NCBI GenBank assembly: GCA_050012475.1
Contig: JBEKHC010000001.1
Coordinates: forward strand, 32,001-96,000
Length of the DNA: 64,000 bases
Origin: Candidatus Velthaea sp.
GTDB lineage: Bacteria > Vulcanimicrobiota > Vulcanimicrobiia > Vulcanimicrobiales > Vulcanimicrobiaceae
Direction: 5' to 3'
Shown: piece by piece, positions 39,707-50,315 of the stretch
Numbering within the stretch: position 1 is the first letter of the stretch
Layout of the letters: every line of letters starts with the position of its first letter
Position numbers and translations under genes: made by a program
Notes under the pieces: generated by a model
The model's database searches: none
Told to the model about the DNA's origin: nothing
What the model saw: the letters and a program-made list of their open reading frames with translations, nothing else

Positions 39707-40879
39707 ATGCCAGTCTCGCCAGCCCGCTCCCACGTCGCACGCCTTGCAGCGTTTACTCTGGCCGCCGGCTTGACCGCCTGCGGCGGGGGCGGCGGCAGCG
39801 CCGCGCTGAGCCCGGCTCTTCGTCCGGCGTCCAGTGCCCTGGGCGCGCTGGCGCCGACGGGTGCAGCGCGCTACTCGCTCGGGTTGGTCAACGCGGCTCC
39901 GGCGGAGATCGCGCAAATGCCGCACATCCGGCACGAGCTCTCGCTCACGACGCTTCCGGCGGCTGTCGATCTCTCGGCGAAAATGCCCGCAGTCGGATAC
40001 CAGGGCCAAGAAGGTTCGTGCGTCGGTTGGGCGACCGCGTATGCGATGCGCGGCTATGAGGCGCGTCAGGACGTGTGGTCGAGCATCGCGCCGCAAAGCA
40101 CCGATCCGGCGGTGAATTTCAGTCCGGCATTCGTTTATAACCAACTCGACGGCGGCAAGGACGCCGGCATTTCCATTCCCGCGGCCCTCGCCTTGATGCA
40201 GCAACGGGGCGCCGCAACGTTAGCCGACATGCCGTATGTTGCCGGCCAGTACAAAACGCAGCCGTCCGCCGCAGCGTTTGGCGACGCCGCGCACTATAAA
40301 GTGTCCTCGTTCGGCAGCATCGCTCCGAGCGACCTGACGTCGATGAAAGCGCAGGTCGCCGCCGGCATCCCGGTGATGCTGGCGATCAAAGTCTACGCCA
40401 ACCTCTACGCGCTGGGCGCGAACCAAGTCTACACGGGCATCGCGGGGACCTACGAAGGCGGACATGCAGTTTCGGTCGTCGGCTACGACGACGCGAAGCA
40501 GGCCGCCAAATTCATCAACTCCTGGGGCACGTCGTGGGGCACGGCGGGATACGGCTGGATCAGCTATGCAGCGTTGAATCAAATTACGGTCGAAGCCTAT
40601 TCGGCCATCGACGATCATGGTGCGCCCAAGCCGGTCGCTACCGTAGCGCCGGCGACACCGCGGCTGGCAACGACGCCCACACCGGCACCCAAGCCCAAAG
40701 TGACGCCGGCGCCGACGCCCAAACCCAAAACGACGCTGACGCCGAAGCCGGCCCCCAAGCCGACGGCAATCGCGAAGCCGACGCCGAAGCCAGCCCCCAA
40801 GCCCACGGCAACCGCGAAGCCGAAGCCGGCGCCGACCTCGTCGCCCAAACCGAAGGCAAGCGCGACGCCGCACGGCTAA
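39707..40879 (+). CDS. C1 (papain-like) cysteine protease lipoprotein with Pro/Lys/Thr-rich tail
   Basis: Lipobox [32 protein letters not shown]. Confidence 0.9.
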   Translation: MPVSPARSHVARLAAFTLAAGLTACGGGGGSAALSPALRPASSALGALAPTGAARYSLGLVNAAPAEIAQMPHIRHELSLTTLPAAVDLSAKMPAVGYQGQEGSCVGWATAYAMRGYEARQDVWSSIAPQSTDPAVNFSPAFVYNQLDGGKDAGISIPAALALMQQRGAATLADMPYVAGQYKTQPSAAAFGDAAHYKVSSFGSIAPSDLTSMKAQVAAGIPVMLAIKVYANLYALGANQVYTGIAGTYEGGHAVSVVGYDDAKQAAKFINSWGTSWGTAGYGWISYAALNQITVEAYSAIDDHGAPKPVATVAPATPRLATTPTPAPKPKVTPAPTPKPKTTLTPKPAPKPTAIAKPTPKPAPKPTATAKPKPAPTSSPKPKASATPHG

Positions 40880-41048
40880 GCCGCCAAGACGTGCTGCTGC
40901 CTTTATTCGGCGGCACGTGCTGCTTGGCAGACCAAAGTCTTGAGTGCAGCGGGTGCCGACGCGTTAGGCTCAGAGGAGGCCCGTCGTCCGACCGGGCGCT
41001 CGCGCCGTCCTCGAGACGGCCTGAACTCTCGTTTGGGTGCTCATTTTC

Positions 41049-42974
41049 ATGGCATTGCAGGGAATCGCGCAGGGAAATCCGATCGAGCGGCGTCAACCCG
41101 CCGCCTCGCACGGTAAGAGTCTCGGCCTGCCGGCCGGTCTGGCCGTCGCGGCGTTAGGCGTCGTTTTCGGCGACATCGGGACCAGCCCGCTCTATACGCT
41201 CAAGACCTGTTTTGACACCGCCGGCGCCGCTCCGACGGCCGAAAACGCGCTTGGAATCGTCTCGCTGCTTGTCTGGGCGCTGTTTTTCGTGGTCTGCCTC
41301 AAGTACGTCACGGTGCTCATGCGCATCGATCACGACGGTGAAGGCGGTATCCTCGCGTTGCTCGCGCTGGCCGAACCGCCCAAGGTTCATGGCTCGAAAA
41401 CCAAGGCCAGTTGGCTCGTGTGGGTCGTCGTCATCGGCGGCGCGATGCTCGTCGGCGACGGCATGATCACGCCCGCGATCTCCGTCATCTCGGCGGTCGA
41501 GGGGATCGGGGTCGCGACCTCGGCGGCGCAGCCGTTCATCGTGCCGATCTCGGCCGGTTTGCTGATCGCGCTTTTTTCGATCCAGTGGCGCGGCACGCAG
41601 AGTGTCGGCCGGGTTTTCGGCGCGGTAATGGTCGCCTGGTTCATCGCGATCGCGCTGACCGGCTTGGTTTCCGTCGTCAAGCATCCGGCGATCTGGGCCG
41701 CGCTCGACCCGCGGCATGCCGTCGGCTTCGCGACGCATCACGGCATGATGGGATTCTTGGTTTTCGGCGCGGTCGTGCTGTGCGTTACCGGCGCCGAGGC
41801 GCTCTACGCCGACATGTCGCACTTCGGCCGCAAACCGATTGCGCTGGCATGGTACGGACTCGTGCTCCCGGCGTTGCTGCTCAACTATCTAGGCCAGGGC
41901 GCGGTCGTCATTGGCGACCCGAGCGCGCTGGCGTCACCGTTCTACGCTTTGTCGACGGGCCCGATGCTGTGGCCGATGGTCGCCCTGGCAACCGCTGCAA
42001 CCATCATCGCCTCACAGGCGCTCATTTCGGGAGCGTTTACGATCACGGAGCAAGCCATCGCGCTGAACTTGAGCCCGCGGCTGGCTGTGCTCCACACCTC
42101 GCGCGACCAGCGCGGCCAAGTATACGTGCCGGTCATCAACATGGCGCTTGGGTTCGCGTGCTTGTCGCTGGTCCTCGCATTTCGCAGCAGCGACCGGCTC
42201 GCGGCGGCTTACGGACTCGCGGTTGCGTGCACGATGGCCGCGACCGACATCGCGTTTTACATCGTCGCGACGCGCGTCTACAAGTGGTCCAAGAAGTGGG
42301 TCGTGCCGCTCGTCGGGACGTTCCTGACGCTCGACGCAACCTTCATTCTCGCCGGCTTGCCGAAATTTTTCGACGGCGCTTGGATACCGCTCGCGATCAG
42401 CGCGCTCGTCATGGCGATCGCGATCACCTGGCTGGAAGGGCGCCGCGGCGTTGCTGCGGTCTTGACCCAGCAACAGATCCCGGTTGCGGAATTCCTCGCC
42501 GAATATCCGGCGCTGCGGCAAAAGGCGGAAGGCACGATGGTGCTGCTCACCGGCGATCCGACCGGCGTCCCGTTCGTGCGCAATCACCGTTGGATCGTAC
42601 CCCGGCTCGATCGCGAGCGCGTCGCACTGCTGACGATCGTTACCGCCGCGCGTCCATACGTCGAGGAGTACGAACGGGTCACGATCACGCGCCCGTGCGA
42701 CCGGTTCGCGCAAATTTCGGCGTCGTTCGGCTACATGGAACGACCGCGCATCAAACCGATTCTCGACGCCTGCAAACTGCGCAACTTCGATATCGACAGC
42801 GACACGACGACGTTCATTTACGCCGATCCGATCATCTTGCGCAAGATCAACGGGCTGCCGCGTTGGCAGCGCCGGCTCTTCGGCTTCCTGCACCGGCTCT
42901 CCAAACCGCTGGCCGAAGAACTACGCATCAAGCCCGAGCGCCGTATCGAACTGGGCTTGGAGGTCGACGTTTAG
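41049..42974 (+). CDS. kup: KUP/HAK/KT potassium transporter
   Basis: GVVFGDIGTSPLY, GEGG, GDGMITPAIS, TGAEALYADMSHFG, SFGYME. Confidence 0.95.
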   Translation: MALQGIAQGNPIERRQPAASHGKSLGLPAGLAVAALGVVFGDIGTSPLYTLKTCFDTAGAAPTAENALGIVSLLVWALFFVVCLKYVTVLMRIDHDGEGGILALLALAEPPKVHGSKTKASWLVWVVVIGGAMLVGDGMITPAISVISAVEGIGVATSAAQPFIVPISAGLLIALFSIQWRGTQSVGRVFGAVMVAWFIAIALTGLVSVVKHPAIWAALDPRHAVGFATHHGMMGFLVFGAVVLCVTGAEALYADMSHFGRKPIALAWYGLVLPALLLNYLGQGAVVIGDPSALASPFYALSTGPMLWPMVALATAATIIASQALISGAFTITEQAIALNLSPRLAVLHTSRDQRGQVYVPVINMALGFACLSLVLAFRSSDRLAAAYGLAVACTMAATDIAFYIVATRVYKWSKKWVVPLVGTFLTLDATFILAGLPKFFDGAWIPLAISALVMAIAITWLEGRRGVAAVLTQQQIPVAEFLAEYPALRQKAEGTMVLLTGDPTGVPFVRNHRWIVPRLDRERVALLTIVTAARPYVEEYERVTITRPCDRFAQISASFGYMERPRIKPILDACKLRNFDIDSDTTTFIYADPIILRKINGLPRWQRRLFGFLHRLSKPLAEELRIKPERRIELGLEVDV

Positions 42975-43801
42975 CAGTGTTTGCTGCACGCGCGCGGATG
43001 CTTTACATGAAATCGTCTCGTGGTCGCAAGTGACGGTCTTGCTCGAGTAATCGAAACGGTAGCGCAGGTTGTCCGAGACCGCAGTGAAACCCAATCCCCG
43101 GTACAACGAGTTGGAAGCGGCGTTGCCTAGGTCGGCAAAGAGCACGCATCGCTGGCCGTTGCGATGGGTTTTGATTGCAAGCCCGCTGACGCACGCGCCA
43201 GCGTACCCGCGATTCCGATACTGCTCGGGCGTATAGACGCCTTGGACGCGTCGAACTCCGGCGGCCGCCGCAGAGAGGGCAGCCATCGACACCGGACCTC
43301 CGTCGTCCCAAAGCCACAAGCCGTCCGATGCCATCCCGTCGTCGACGTTTCTTTGCGGATTGCCGCGTTCGTCTACCTCGGCGTAGAATGCCGTCATCCA
43401 TCCAACGAGCAGGTCTTGCTCGCCGGGCATCGGGCGGCGCAGACTTCCACGCACCGCAACTCGGTCGCGCAAATCATGAAGTTCGTACAGACGCAGTCCT
43501 CGGACCGGAACAGCGCCGCAGCGCATCCGCTCCGTCCAGCACGTGGCGAACGCCAGCGCCGTGAGCGCTTCTCCGATCGCTCCCGGAAGTACGATACCGT
43601 CGGCGACGATCGCATCGACGATTGCGTGGACGGCCTTCGAGTTCATCGGCGTAAACGTAGCGGCAAAGTCCAGCGGCGACTGCAAGACGATGCCGGTTAC
43701 GTTGCGATCCTCGGTCGCGATCCAGTACCGGCCAGGTTCCGGCCGAGCGCTTCCGCTAACACCGATGCGGCTTCGTCGGTCGATCTGCCTTTGACGGTCA
43801 T
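42921..43801 (-). pseudogene. GNAT/FR47-like acetyltransferase, frameshifted and lacking its normal stop
   Basis: VYTPEQYRNRGYA and NAASNSLYRGLGF motifs; plausible N-terminus MTVKGRSTDEAASVLAEA (ATG 43801) lies in another frame; C-terminus runs 54 nt into kup. Confidence 0.65.
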
Positions 43802-44061
43802 GGACCTTCGGTTCGCCGACAGCACCATGCGCAACTCGCCAAGCCCATTGCGCTCGAGTCGAGTTTGGGCGCACTGCGCGCATGACGGCTGACAGCGGTT
43901 CGATTGCGACTCGTCGTCCGAGTAGGACCACATAAGGCCGACGTATGGGGCAAATTTGTGCGTATCGTCGGCCGTCGCGGTACGCCTGAGTCCTCGACGG
44001 CGGGTTCGTCAACAATGGTCGGTGTGCCGCTCATTGTGTTTGGGCGCACGCTGTTGAGCGT

Positions 44062-44120
44062 TAACGAGCGGCGGCGGCTTGCCGATATACCGGAAGAAGC
44101 GCCCGTAAAGCCTTCGTAAA
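44062..44120 (+). promoter_or_regulatory. Sigma28-type promoter plus GTAAA-N6-GTAAA direct repeat
   Basis: TAAC-N15-GCCGATAT (44062-44088); gtaaagccttcgtaaa (44105-44120). Confidence 0.6.
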
Positions 44121-44148
44121 ACTTTTGCTTGGAGAGCCTTACATTACA

Positions 44149-45624
44149 ATGCGATCGTCCTTCACTCGATCAGCGATAGCGCGCTGCGCCGTGTTTGCCC
44201 TGGCCGGGAATCTCGCGGCCTGCGGCGGAGGCGGCGCCAGCAGCACGATCGCTCCTGCGCGCTCGAGCACCGTACCGTCCGCAGCGAACCGATTCTCGTT
44301 GGGCCTCGTCGCCGCGAAGCCGGCGGAAATCGCGCAAATGACGCACATCCGGCATCTGCTCAGCGTCACGACGTTACCCGCCGCGGTCGATTTGTCCGCG
44401 AAAATGCCGAGCGTGGGCGATCAGGGACAAGAAGGTTCGTGCGTCGCGTGGGCTTCCGCATATGCGATGCGCGGCTATGAAGCGCGCCAAGACGTCTGGG
44501 CCGCGATCGCTCCGAAGAGCACGGATCCGACGCTCAATTTCAGCGCGTCATTCATTTACAATCAGCTCAACGGCGGTCAGGATGCCGGCATCTCGATTCC
44601 CGCGGCGTTGAACCTCATGGAGCAAAAGGGAGCCGCGACGCTGGCGGACATGCCGTATGTGGCGGGCCAATTTACCACGCAACCCTCCGCTGCCGCTTTG
44701 AGCGACGCGACGCACTTCAAGCTCTCGTCGTACGGTTACATCGCGCCGACGGATTTCACGTCGATGAAAGGCCAACTCGCGGCCGGTATTCCCGTCATCC
44801 TCGCGATCCAGGTGTACAGCAACTTTTTCGGGCTCGGCCAAAATCAAGTGTACACCGGCGCCGCCGGAACGTACGAAGGCGGCCACGCGATCGCGGCCGT
44901 CGGCTATGACGATTCGAAACAGGCGGTCGAAATCATCAACTCATGGGGACCGTACTGGGGAACCGCGGGCTATGGTTGGATCAGCTATACTGCGTTGAGC
45001 CAAATCGGGCTCGAAGCGTATTCGGCGATCGACGACCACGGTGCACCACCAGCACCCGTTCCCAGCCCCACACCGACCGCGACCCCGGCGCCGTCCCCAA
45101 CCGCAACCGCCAAACCGTCGCCGACGCCGAGCACGACGCCAACCCCATCGCCGTCACCGACCGCGACGCCGAAACCGTCGCCGACACCGACGTCGACGCC
45201 GACCGCGACGCCGAAACCGTCGCCGACACCGACACCGACGCCGAAACCGTCGCCGACGCCGACACCGACGCCGGTTCCGACCGCGACGCCCAAACCGTCG
45301 CCGACTCCGACGCTCAAGCCGTCACCGACACCGACGCCCAAGCCGTCGCCGACACCGACGCCCAAGCCGTCGCCGACACCGACGCCCAAGCCGTCGCCCA
45401 CCGCGACACCGAAACCGTTACCCACCGCGACACCGAAGTCATCGCCGACCGCGATCCCCAAGTCGTCGCCGACCGTGACGCCCAAACCAGCGCCGACGGC
45501 AACGCACAAACCAACGGCGCCGCGCAAACCCTCACCGACGCCCAAACCTTCGGCGAAACCGACCGCCGAAGCGTCGAGTACTCCACACCCCTCACCGTCT
45601 CCGGCGGCGGCATCCGGCCGGTAA
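44149..45624 (+). CDS. C1 cysteine protease lipoprotein paralog with long Pro/Thr/Ser/Lys tail
   Basis: Lipobox [28 protein letters not shown]; tail of about 190 aa. Confidence 0.9.
   Translation: MRSSFTRSAIARCAVFALAGNLAACGGGGASSTIAPARSSTVPSAANRFSLGLVAAKPAEIAQMTHIRHLLSVTTLPAAVDLSAKMPSVGDQGQEGSCVAWASAYAMRGYEARQDVWAAIAPKSTDPTLNFSASFIYNQLNGGQDAGISIPAALNLMEQKGAATLADMPYVAGQFTTQPSAAALSDATHFKLSSYGYIAPTDFTSMKGQLAAGIPVILAIQVYSNFFGLGQNQVYTGAAGTYEGGHAIAAVGYDDSKQAVEIINSWGPYWGTAGYGWISYTALSQIGLEAYSAIDDHGAPPAPVPSPTPTATPAPSPTATAKPSPTPSTTPTPSPSPTATPKPSPTPTSTPTATPKPSPTPTPTPKPSPTPTPTPVPTATPKPSPTPTLKPSPTPTPKPSPTPTPKPSPTPTPKPSPTATPKPLPTATPKSSPTAIPKSSPTVTPKPAPTATHKPTAPRKPSPTPKPSAKPTAEASSTPHPSPSPAAASGR
45061..45600 (+). 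repeat. Coding tandem repeats (TPKPSPT(P/A))n
   Basis: 24-nt unit ccgacgcccaagccgtcgccgaca and variants. Confidence 0.85.
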
Positions 45625-45638
45625 TTCTGCCCTGCGAT

Positions 45639-45671
45639 AATGGACCGCACGAGTGAGCCGTGCGGTCCATT
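45639..45671. terminator. Stem-loop between convergent genes
   Basis: aatggaccgcacg-agtgagc-cgtgcggtccatt 13-bp stem. Confidence 0.6.
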
Positions 45672-45682
45672 CCATGCAACGG

Positions 45683-45789
45683 GCGACTTGGGCGAAGCCC
45701 GAACCTGCGACAGCGGCTTGGGCGAAGCCTAGACTGCGACGGCGGCTTCGGCGCAGCCGAAACGCGAGGGGTCCAGCGAAGCTGAACCC
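45683..45789. repeat. REP-like tandem ~30-bp units with GCGAAGC/GCGCAGC cores
   Basis: gcgacttgggcgaagcccgaacctgcgaca / gcggcttgggcgaagcctagactgcgacg / gcggcttcggcgcagccgaaacgcga; similar to the reverse complement of the 58.1 kb units. Confidence 0.75.
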
Positions 45790-45790
45790 T

Positions 45791-47461
45791 CTACAGCAAG
45801 GTTTTGCGCATGTCAGCCAACAGGGCCGCGAGATGAGCGCAAAAGCGCGCGGCAGCCGCTCCGTCGATCACGCGGTGGTCGTACGACAGCGACAGCGGCA
45901 AGATCAAGCGCGGTACGAAGGCCTTGCCGTCCCACACGGGTTTGAGCGCGCTGCGCGACACGCCCAGGATCGCGACCTCGGGCGCGTTGATGATTGGCGT
46001 GAACGACGTTCCGCCGATGCCGCCCAAACTCGAGATCGTGAATCCGGCGCCGCTCATCTCCGCCGGGCCCAGCTTGCCATCGCGCGCTTTTTTCGCCAGC
46101 GCCGACGTCTCGGCTGCGAGTTCGAGCACGCCTTTCTTGTCGACGTCGCGGATGACTGGAACGACGAGCCCGGCCGGCGTGTCGGCTGCAAAGCCCAGAT
46201 GAAAATACTTCTTGAGCACCAGGTCGTCGCCGTCGAGCGAACTATTGAAGTTGGGGAAACGCCGCAGCGCCGCCACGGCCGCTTTCATCAGCAGCACGAG
46301 CATCGTGACTTTGACATCCTTGAACTCGGCATTGAGCGCTTTGCGAAACTCCTCGAGTTCGGTAACGTCGGCATCTTCCTGTTGCGTGACGTGCGGGATC
46401 ATCACCCAATTGCGGGCGAGATTGGCACCGGAGATCTTCGCGATGCGCGAGAGCGGCTTGCGTTCGATCGGGCCGAACTTCTCGAAATCGATCTTCGGCC
46501 AAGGCAGCACGTTCAGGCCGCCGGTGCCGGCACCGGGCGACGGTGCCCCGACCGGCGCGGGCGTCGCCAACGCGCGTTTGACGTGCTGCTGCACATCTTC
46601 GCGGGTCACGCGCCCGTTGGGTCCGCTGCCGGAAACGCCGTGCAAATTCACGCCGAGTTCGCGCGCAAAGCGCCGGATCGCCGGACTGGCGTGCACCGGA
46701 CCGGCAGCCTCGCCGGCATCCGTCGCGGCCGTGTTCCCGTTGGTCGAGGGTGGCGCCGGAGCGACGATCGCCGCGAGCGCCGGTGCGGGCCGCTCCGGCT
46801 CGGGCGGACGCGCCGAAGCTGCTTGACCGTTCGCCGGTGCCGACGGCGAGGCGCCCACGCCGCCGATGCGGGCCAACAGCGAGCCCTGAGAAACTTTGTC
46901 GCCGACTTTGACCACCACGTCGCTCACAACGCCGCCCACGAGAGCCGGAACTTCCATCGTTGCTTTATCGGACTCGAGTTCGACCAGCGGCGCGTCCTTT
47001 GCGATCGTATCGCCGGCTTTGATGAAGACCGAGATCACCGGCACGTTCGAGAAGTCGCCGATATCCGGCACGACCAGATCGGCGGTTCCGCCGGCGGACG
47101 AAGCGGTATCGGGTCGAGCGATTTCCGCGGCTTCGTTCGCGCTCGCGGCGGATGCGGGGGCGGCGCCGCCCGCGGCTGCCGCGATCGGCTCGCCGGGGAC
47201 GGCCGCCGGCACGGCATCCTCGACGACTTCGACATTCGCGAGAATGCTGCCGGTCGAGACGCGGTCGCCGATCTTGACCTTCACCTCGCGAACGATGCCG
47301 GCTGCCGATGCCGGCACTTCCATCGTTGCTTTGTCCGACTCGAGCGTCACCAGGGGCGCGTCCTTGCCGATGCGATCGCCGCTGGCGATCATCACTTCGA
47401 TGATCGGAACGTCTTCGAATCCGCCCAGATCGGGAACGGTGAGTTCGATCGTTTGCGCCAT
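45791..47461 (-). CDS. aceF: Pyruvate dehydrogenase E2 (two lipoyl domains)
   Basis: Two LESDKATMEVP, HASPAIRRFARELG, SLSYDHRVIDG. Confidence 0.95.
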   Translation of the reverse strand: MAQTIELTVPDLGGFEDVPIIEVMIASGDRIGKDAPLVTLESDKATMEVPASAAGIVREVKVKIGDRVSTGSILANVEVVEDAVPAAVPGEPIAAAAGGAAPASAASANEAAEIARPDTASSAGGTADLVVPDIGDFSNVPVISVFIKAGDTIAKDAPLVELESDKATMEVPALVGGVVSDVVVKVGDKVSQGSLLARIGGVGASPSAPANGQAASARPPEPERPAPALAAIVAPAPPSTNGNTAATDAGEAAGPVHASPAIRRFARELGVNLHGVSGSGPNGRVTREDVQQHVKRALATPAPVGAPSPGAGTGGLNVLPWPKIDFEKFGPIERKPLSRIAKISGANLARNWVMIPHVTQQEDADVTELEEFRKALNAEFKDVKVTMLVLLMKAAVAALRRFPNFNSSLDGDDLVLKKYFHLGFAADTPAGLVVPVIRDVDKKGVLELAAETSALAKKARDGKLGPAEMSGAGFTISSLGGIGGTSFTPIINAPEVAILGVSRSALKPVWDGKAFVPRLILPLSLSYDHRVIDGAAAARFCAHLAALLADMRKTLL

Positions 47462-47473
47462 TGCGATGCGTCC

Positions 47474-50182
47474 TTAAACCGTGACCGGATTCGGCTTGTT
47501 CGGATCGATGCCGTATTTTTCGATCGCTCGCGCCGCTTCTTCGGCGGCCACTTTCCCTTCAGCGGCGAGCTCCCGCAGCGCCGCCAGGACGATCCAGTGC
47601 CGGTCGACTTCAAAGAATGACCGCAACTTCGCCCGCGCGTCGCTGCGGCCGAACCCGTCGGTACCCAGTGCGTGAAAGCGCCGATCGATGAACGGCCGGA
47701 CTTGTTCGGCGAACATTTTCACGTAATCGCTGGCCGCGACGACCGGTCCGGCGTGACCAGCCAACTGCTGCTCGACGAACGGCACTTTGGGCGATGCCAG
47801 CGGATGCAGCATATTTTGGCGCTCGGTTTCGAGCCCGTCACGTCCCAACAGCGTGAAGCTCGTGACGCTCCAGACGTCGGCGGTGACGCCGAAGTCGTCG
47901 CGCAGCAGCGTCGCAGCGGCTTCCACTTCGCGCAAGATCGTCCCCGAGCCCAACAATTGGACGCGCGGAGCATCCGGCTTGACGGGCTCGCCGGCGCGCA
48001 ACAGATACATCCCGCGCAAGATGTCGCCTTCGACGCCGGCAGGCATCGCGGGATGATGGTAGTTTTCGTTCATCACCGTGATGTAGTAGTAAACGTCTTC
48101 CTGGTCGACGAGCATGCGCCGCAAACCGTCTTGGATGATGACCGCCACTTCGTATCCGTAGGTCGGATCGTAGGGGACGCAGTTCGGGATCGCGGACGCG
48201 AACAGGTGGCTATGCCCGTCCTCGTGCTGCAGACCCTCGCCGTTGAGCGTCGTCCGGCCGGCGGTACCGCCGATGAGGAAGCCGCGTGACCGCATATCCG
48301 CCGCGGCCCATGCGAAGTCTCCGATGCGCTGGAATCCGAACATCGAGTAGAAGATGAAGAACGGAACCGTCTGCACGCCGTGCGTCGAATACGATGTGGC
48401 CGAGGCGATCCAGGACGCCATCGCGCCCGCTTCGGTGATGCCCTCTTGGAGGATCTGGCCGGATTTGTCTTCGCGGTACCACATGAGCTGATCGGCGTCT
48501 TGCGGCCGGTAGAGCTGGCCTTGCGGCGCGTACATCCCGAGCTGGCGGAACATCCCCTCCATGCCGAACGTGCGCGTCTCATCCGAGACGATCGGCACGA
48601 TGCGCGCGCCGATCGTTTTATCGCGCACGAGGACGCCCAGGCTGCGCACGTAGGCCATCGTCGTCGAGATCTCGCGTTCGCCGGTATCTTCGAGCAGCGC
48701 CGCAAAGGCCGACAGCGGCGGTACCGCCAGCGGTTTTTCAACGTTGCGCCGGCGTTGCGGAACCGTGCCCAGCGCCGCGATCCGCTCGCGCAGATACTGC
48801 ATCTCGGGCGAATTGTCGGGCGGCTTGATGAACGGCACATCGTCGACGAGTTGCGCGTCGGAGACGGGGATGGCGAAGCGGTCGCGAAACGCGCGAACTT
48901 GTTCGACGACCATCTTCTTGGTGTTGTGGGCGACGTTCATCCCTTCGCCGGCCGTGCCCAGGCCGTAGCCTTTGATGGTTTTGGCCAGGATGACGGTCGG
49001 ACCGCCGGTAAACTCGGTCGCCGCTTTGTAGGCGGCGTACACCTTATACGGATCGTGGCCGCCGCGGTTGAGCCGCCACACGTCGTCGTCCGACATGTGC
49101 TCGACGAGCTTGCGCGTTTCGGGTGTCTGGCCGAAGAAGTGTTCGCGCACGTAGGCGCCGTTGCGCGATTTGAACGTTTGGTAGTCGCCGTCGATGGTCT
49201 CGTTCATGAGCCGCACGAGCGTGCCGGTCTGATCGGCGGCAAACAGCGTGTCCCAGCGGCGGCCCCAAATGACTTTGATGACGTTCCAGCCGGCGCCGCG
49301 GAACACGCCCTCGAGTTCCTGGATGATCTTGCCGTTGCCCCGCACCGGGCCGTCGAGCCGCTGCAGGTTGCAGTTGACGACGAAGATCAAATTGTCGAGG
49401 CCTTCGCGTGCGGCAAGCGCCAAGCCGGCGAGCGACTCGGGTTCGTCGACTTCGCCGTCGCCCAAGAAGCTCCACACCTTGCGATTCGACGTATCGGCCA
49501 GTCCGCGGTTGTGCAGATACTTCATATAGCGCGCGGCGTACACCGACTGCAGCGGGCCCAGGCCCATCGAAACGGTGGCGAATTGCCAGAAGTCGGGCAT
49601 CAGCCAGGGGTGCGGATAGGACGAGAGCCCGCGCCCGTCGGTCTCTTGCCGGAAATGCTTGAGCTGATCTTCCGTGATCCGGCCTTCGAGAAAAGCGCGC
49701 GCGTAGACACCGGGCGAGGAATGGCCCTGAAAATAGACCAGATCGCCGCCGTGCGTCGCCGACGGGGCGTGCCAGAAATGGTTGAACCCGACGTCGACGA
49801 GGGTGGCCGCCGACGAGAACGTCGCGACGTGGCCGCCCAGATCCGAACCGAGCTTGTTGGCCTTGACGACCGTCGCCATCGCGTTCCAGCGCACATAGTG
49901 ACGCAGCCGCTCTTCGATATCGTGATCCCCCGGAAACGGCGCCTGCCGCCCGACGGGGATCGTGTTGATATACGGCGTGGTGAGCGCGAGCGGCAAGTCG
50001 ACACCCCGCACGCGGGCGCGCTGCGAAAGCGCGTCGAGAATCTCACGTGCACGGTCGGCGCCTTCGGCCGAAATGAGCCCATCGAGTGCTTCGACCCACT
50101 CTTGCATCTCTTGCGGATCGGCTTGCGGTGCAGCGGTGCTGCTCCCGTTCGAGGACGTTGTCGGGCGTGGCGTATCGATCAT
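47474..50182 (-). CDS. aceE: Pyruvate dehydrogenase E1, homodimeric AceE type
   Basis: YFQGHSSPG, SSYPHPWLMP, GDGE, NCNLQRLDGPV, GEGLQHEDG. Confidence 0.96.
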   Translation of the reverse strand: MIDTPRPTTSSNGSSTAAPQADPQEMQEWVEALDGLISAEGADRAREILDALSQRARVRGVDLPLALTTPYINTIPVGRQAPFPGDHDIEERLRHYVRWNAMATVVKANKLGSDLGGHVATFSSAATLVDVGFNHFWHAPSATHGGDLVYFQGHSSPGVYARAFLEGRITEDQLKHFRQETDGRGLSSYPHPWLMPDFWQFATVSMGLGPLQSVYAARYMKYLHNRGLADTSNRKVWSFLGDGEVDEPESLAGLALAAREGLDNLIFVVNCNLQRLDGPVRGNGKIIQELEGVFRGAGWNVIKVIWGRRWDTLFAADQTGTLVRLMNETIDGDYQTFKSRNGAYVREHFFGQTPETRKLVEHMSDDDVWRLNRGGHDPYKVYAAYKAATEFTGGPTVILAKTIKGYGLGTAGEGMNVAHNTKKMVVEQVRAFRDRFAIPVSDAQLVDDVPFIKPPDNSPEMQYLRERIAALGTVPQRRRNVEKPLAVPPLSAFAALLEDTGEREISTTMAYVRSLGVLVRDKTIGARIVPIVSDETRTFGMEGMFRQLGMYAPQGQLYRPQDADQLMWYREDKSGQILQEGITEAGAMASWIASATSYSTHGVQTVPFFIFYSMFGFQRIGDFAWAAADMRSRGFLIGGTAGRTTLNGEGLQHEDGHSHLFASAIPNCVPYDPTYGYEVAVIIQDGLRRMLVDQEDVYYYITVMNENYHHPAMPAGVEGDILRGMYLLRAGEPVKPDAPRVQLLGSGTILREVEAAATLLRDDFGVTADVWSVTSFTLLGRDGLETERQNMLHPLASPKVPFVEQQLAGHAGPVVAASDYVKMFAEQVRPFIDRRFHALGTDGFGRSDARAKLRSFFEVDRHWIVLAALRELAAEGKVAAEEAARAIEKYGIDPNKPNPVTV

Positions 50183-50315
50183 GGCGGCTCCGATATTTGT
50201 CACATTGAATCGCTGGTCCCACCAGTATAGGGATCGGGCCGCCAAGTACCAGCGCCGCGACGTTTCACGAAAGCAGACATGGGAGGGGCTGGTTTGCGTC
50301 CAAATGGCTGGGACG

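Noticed and set aside
40880..41048. c-di-AMP (ydaO) riboswitch upstream of kup
   Set aside because: There are hairpins, but I could not find the conserved ydaO sequence elements; an Rfam/Infernal search would settle it.
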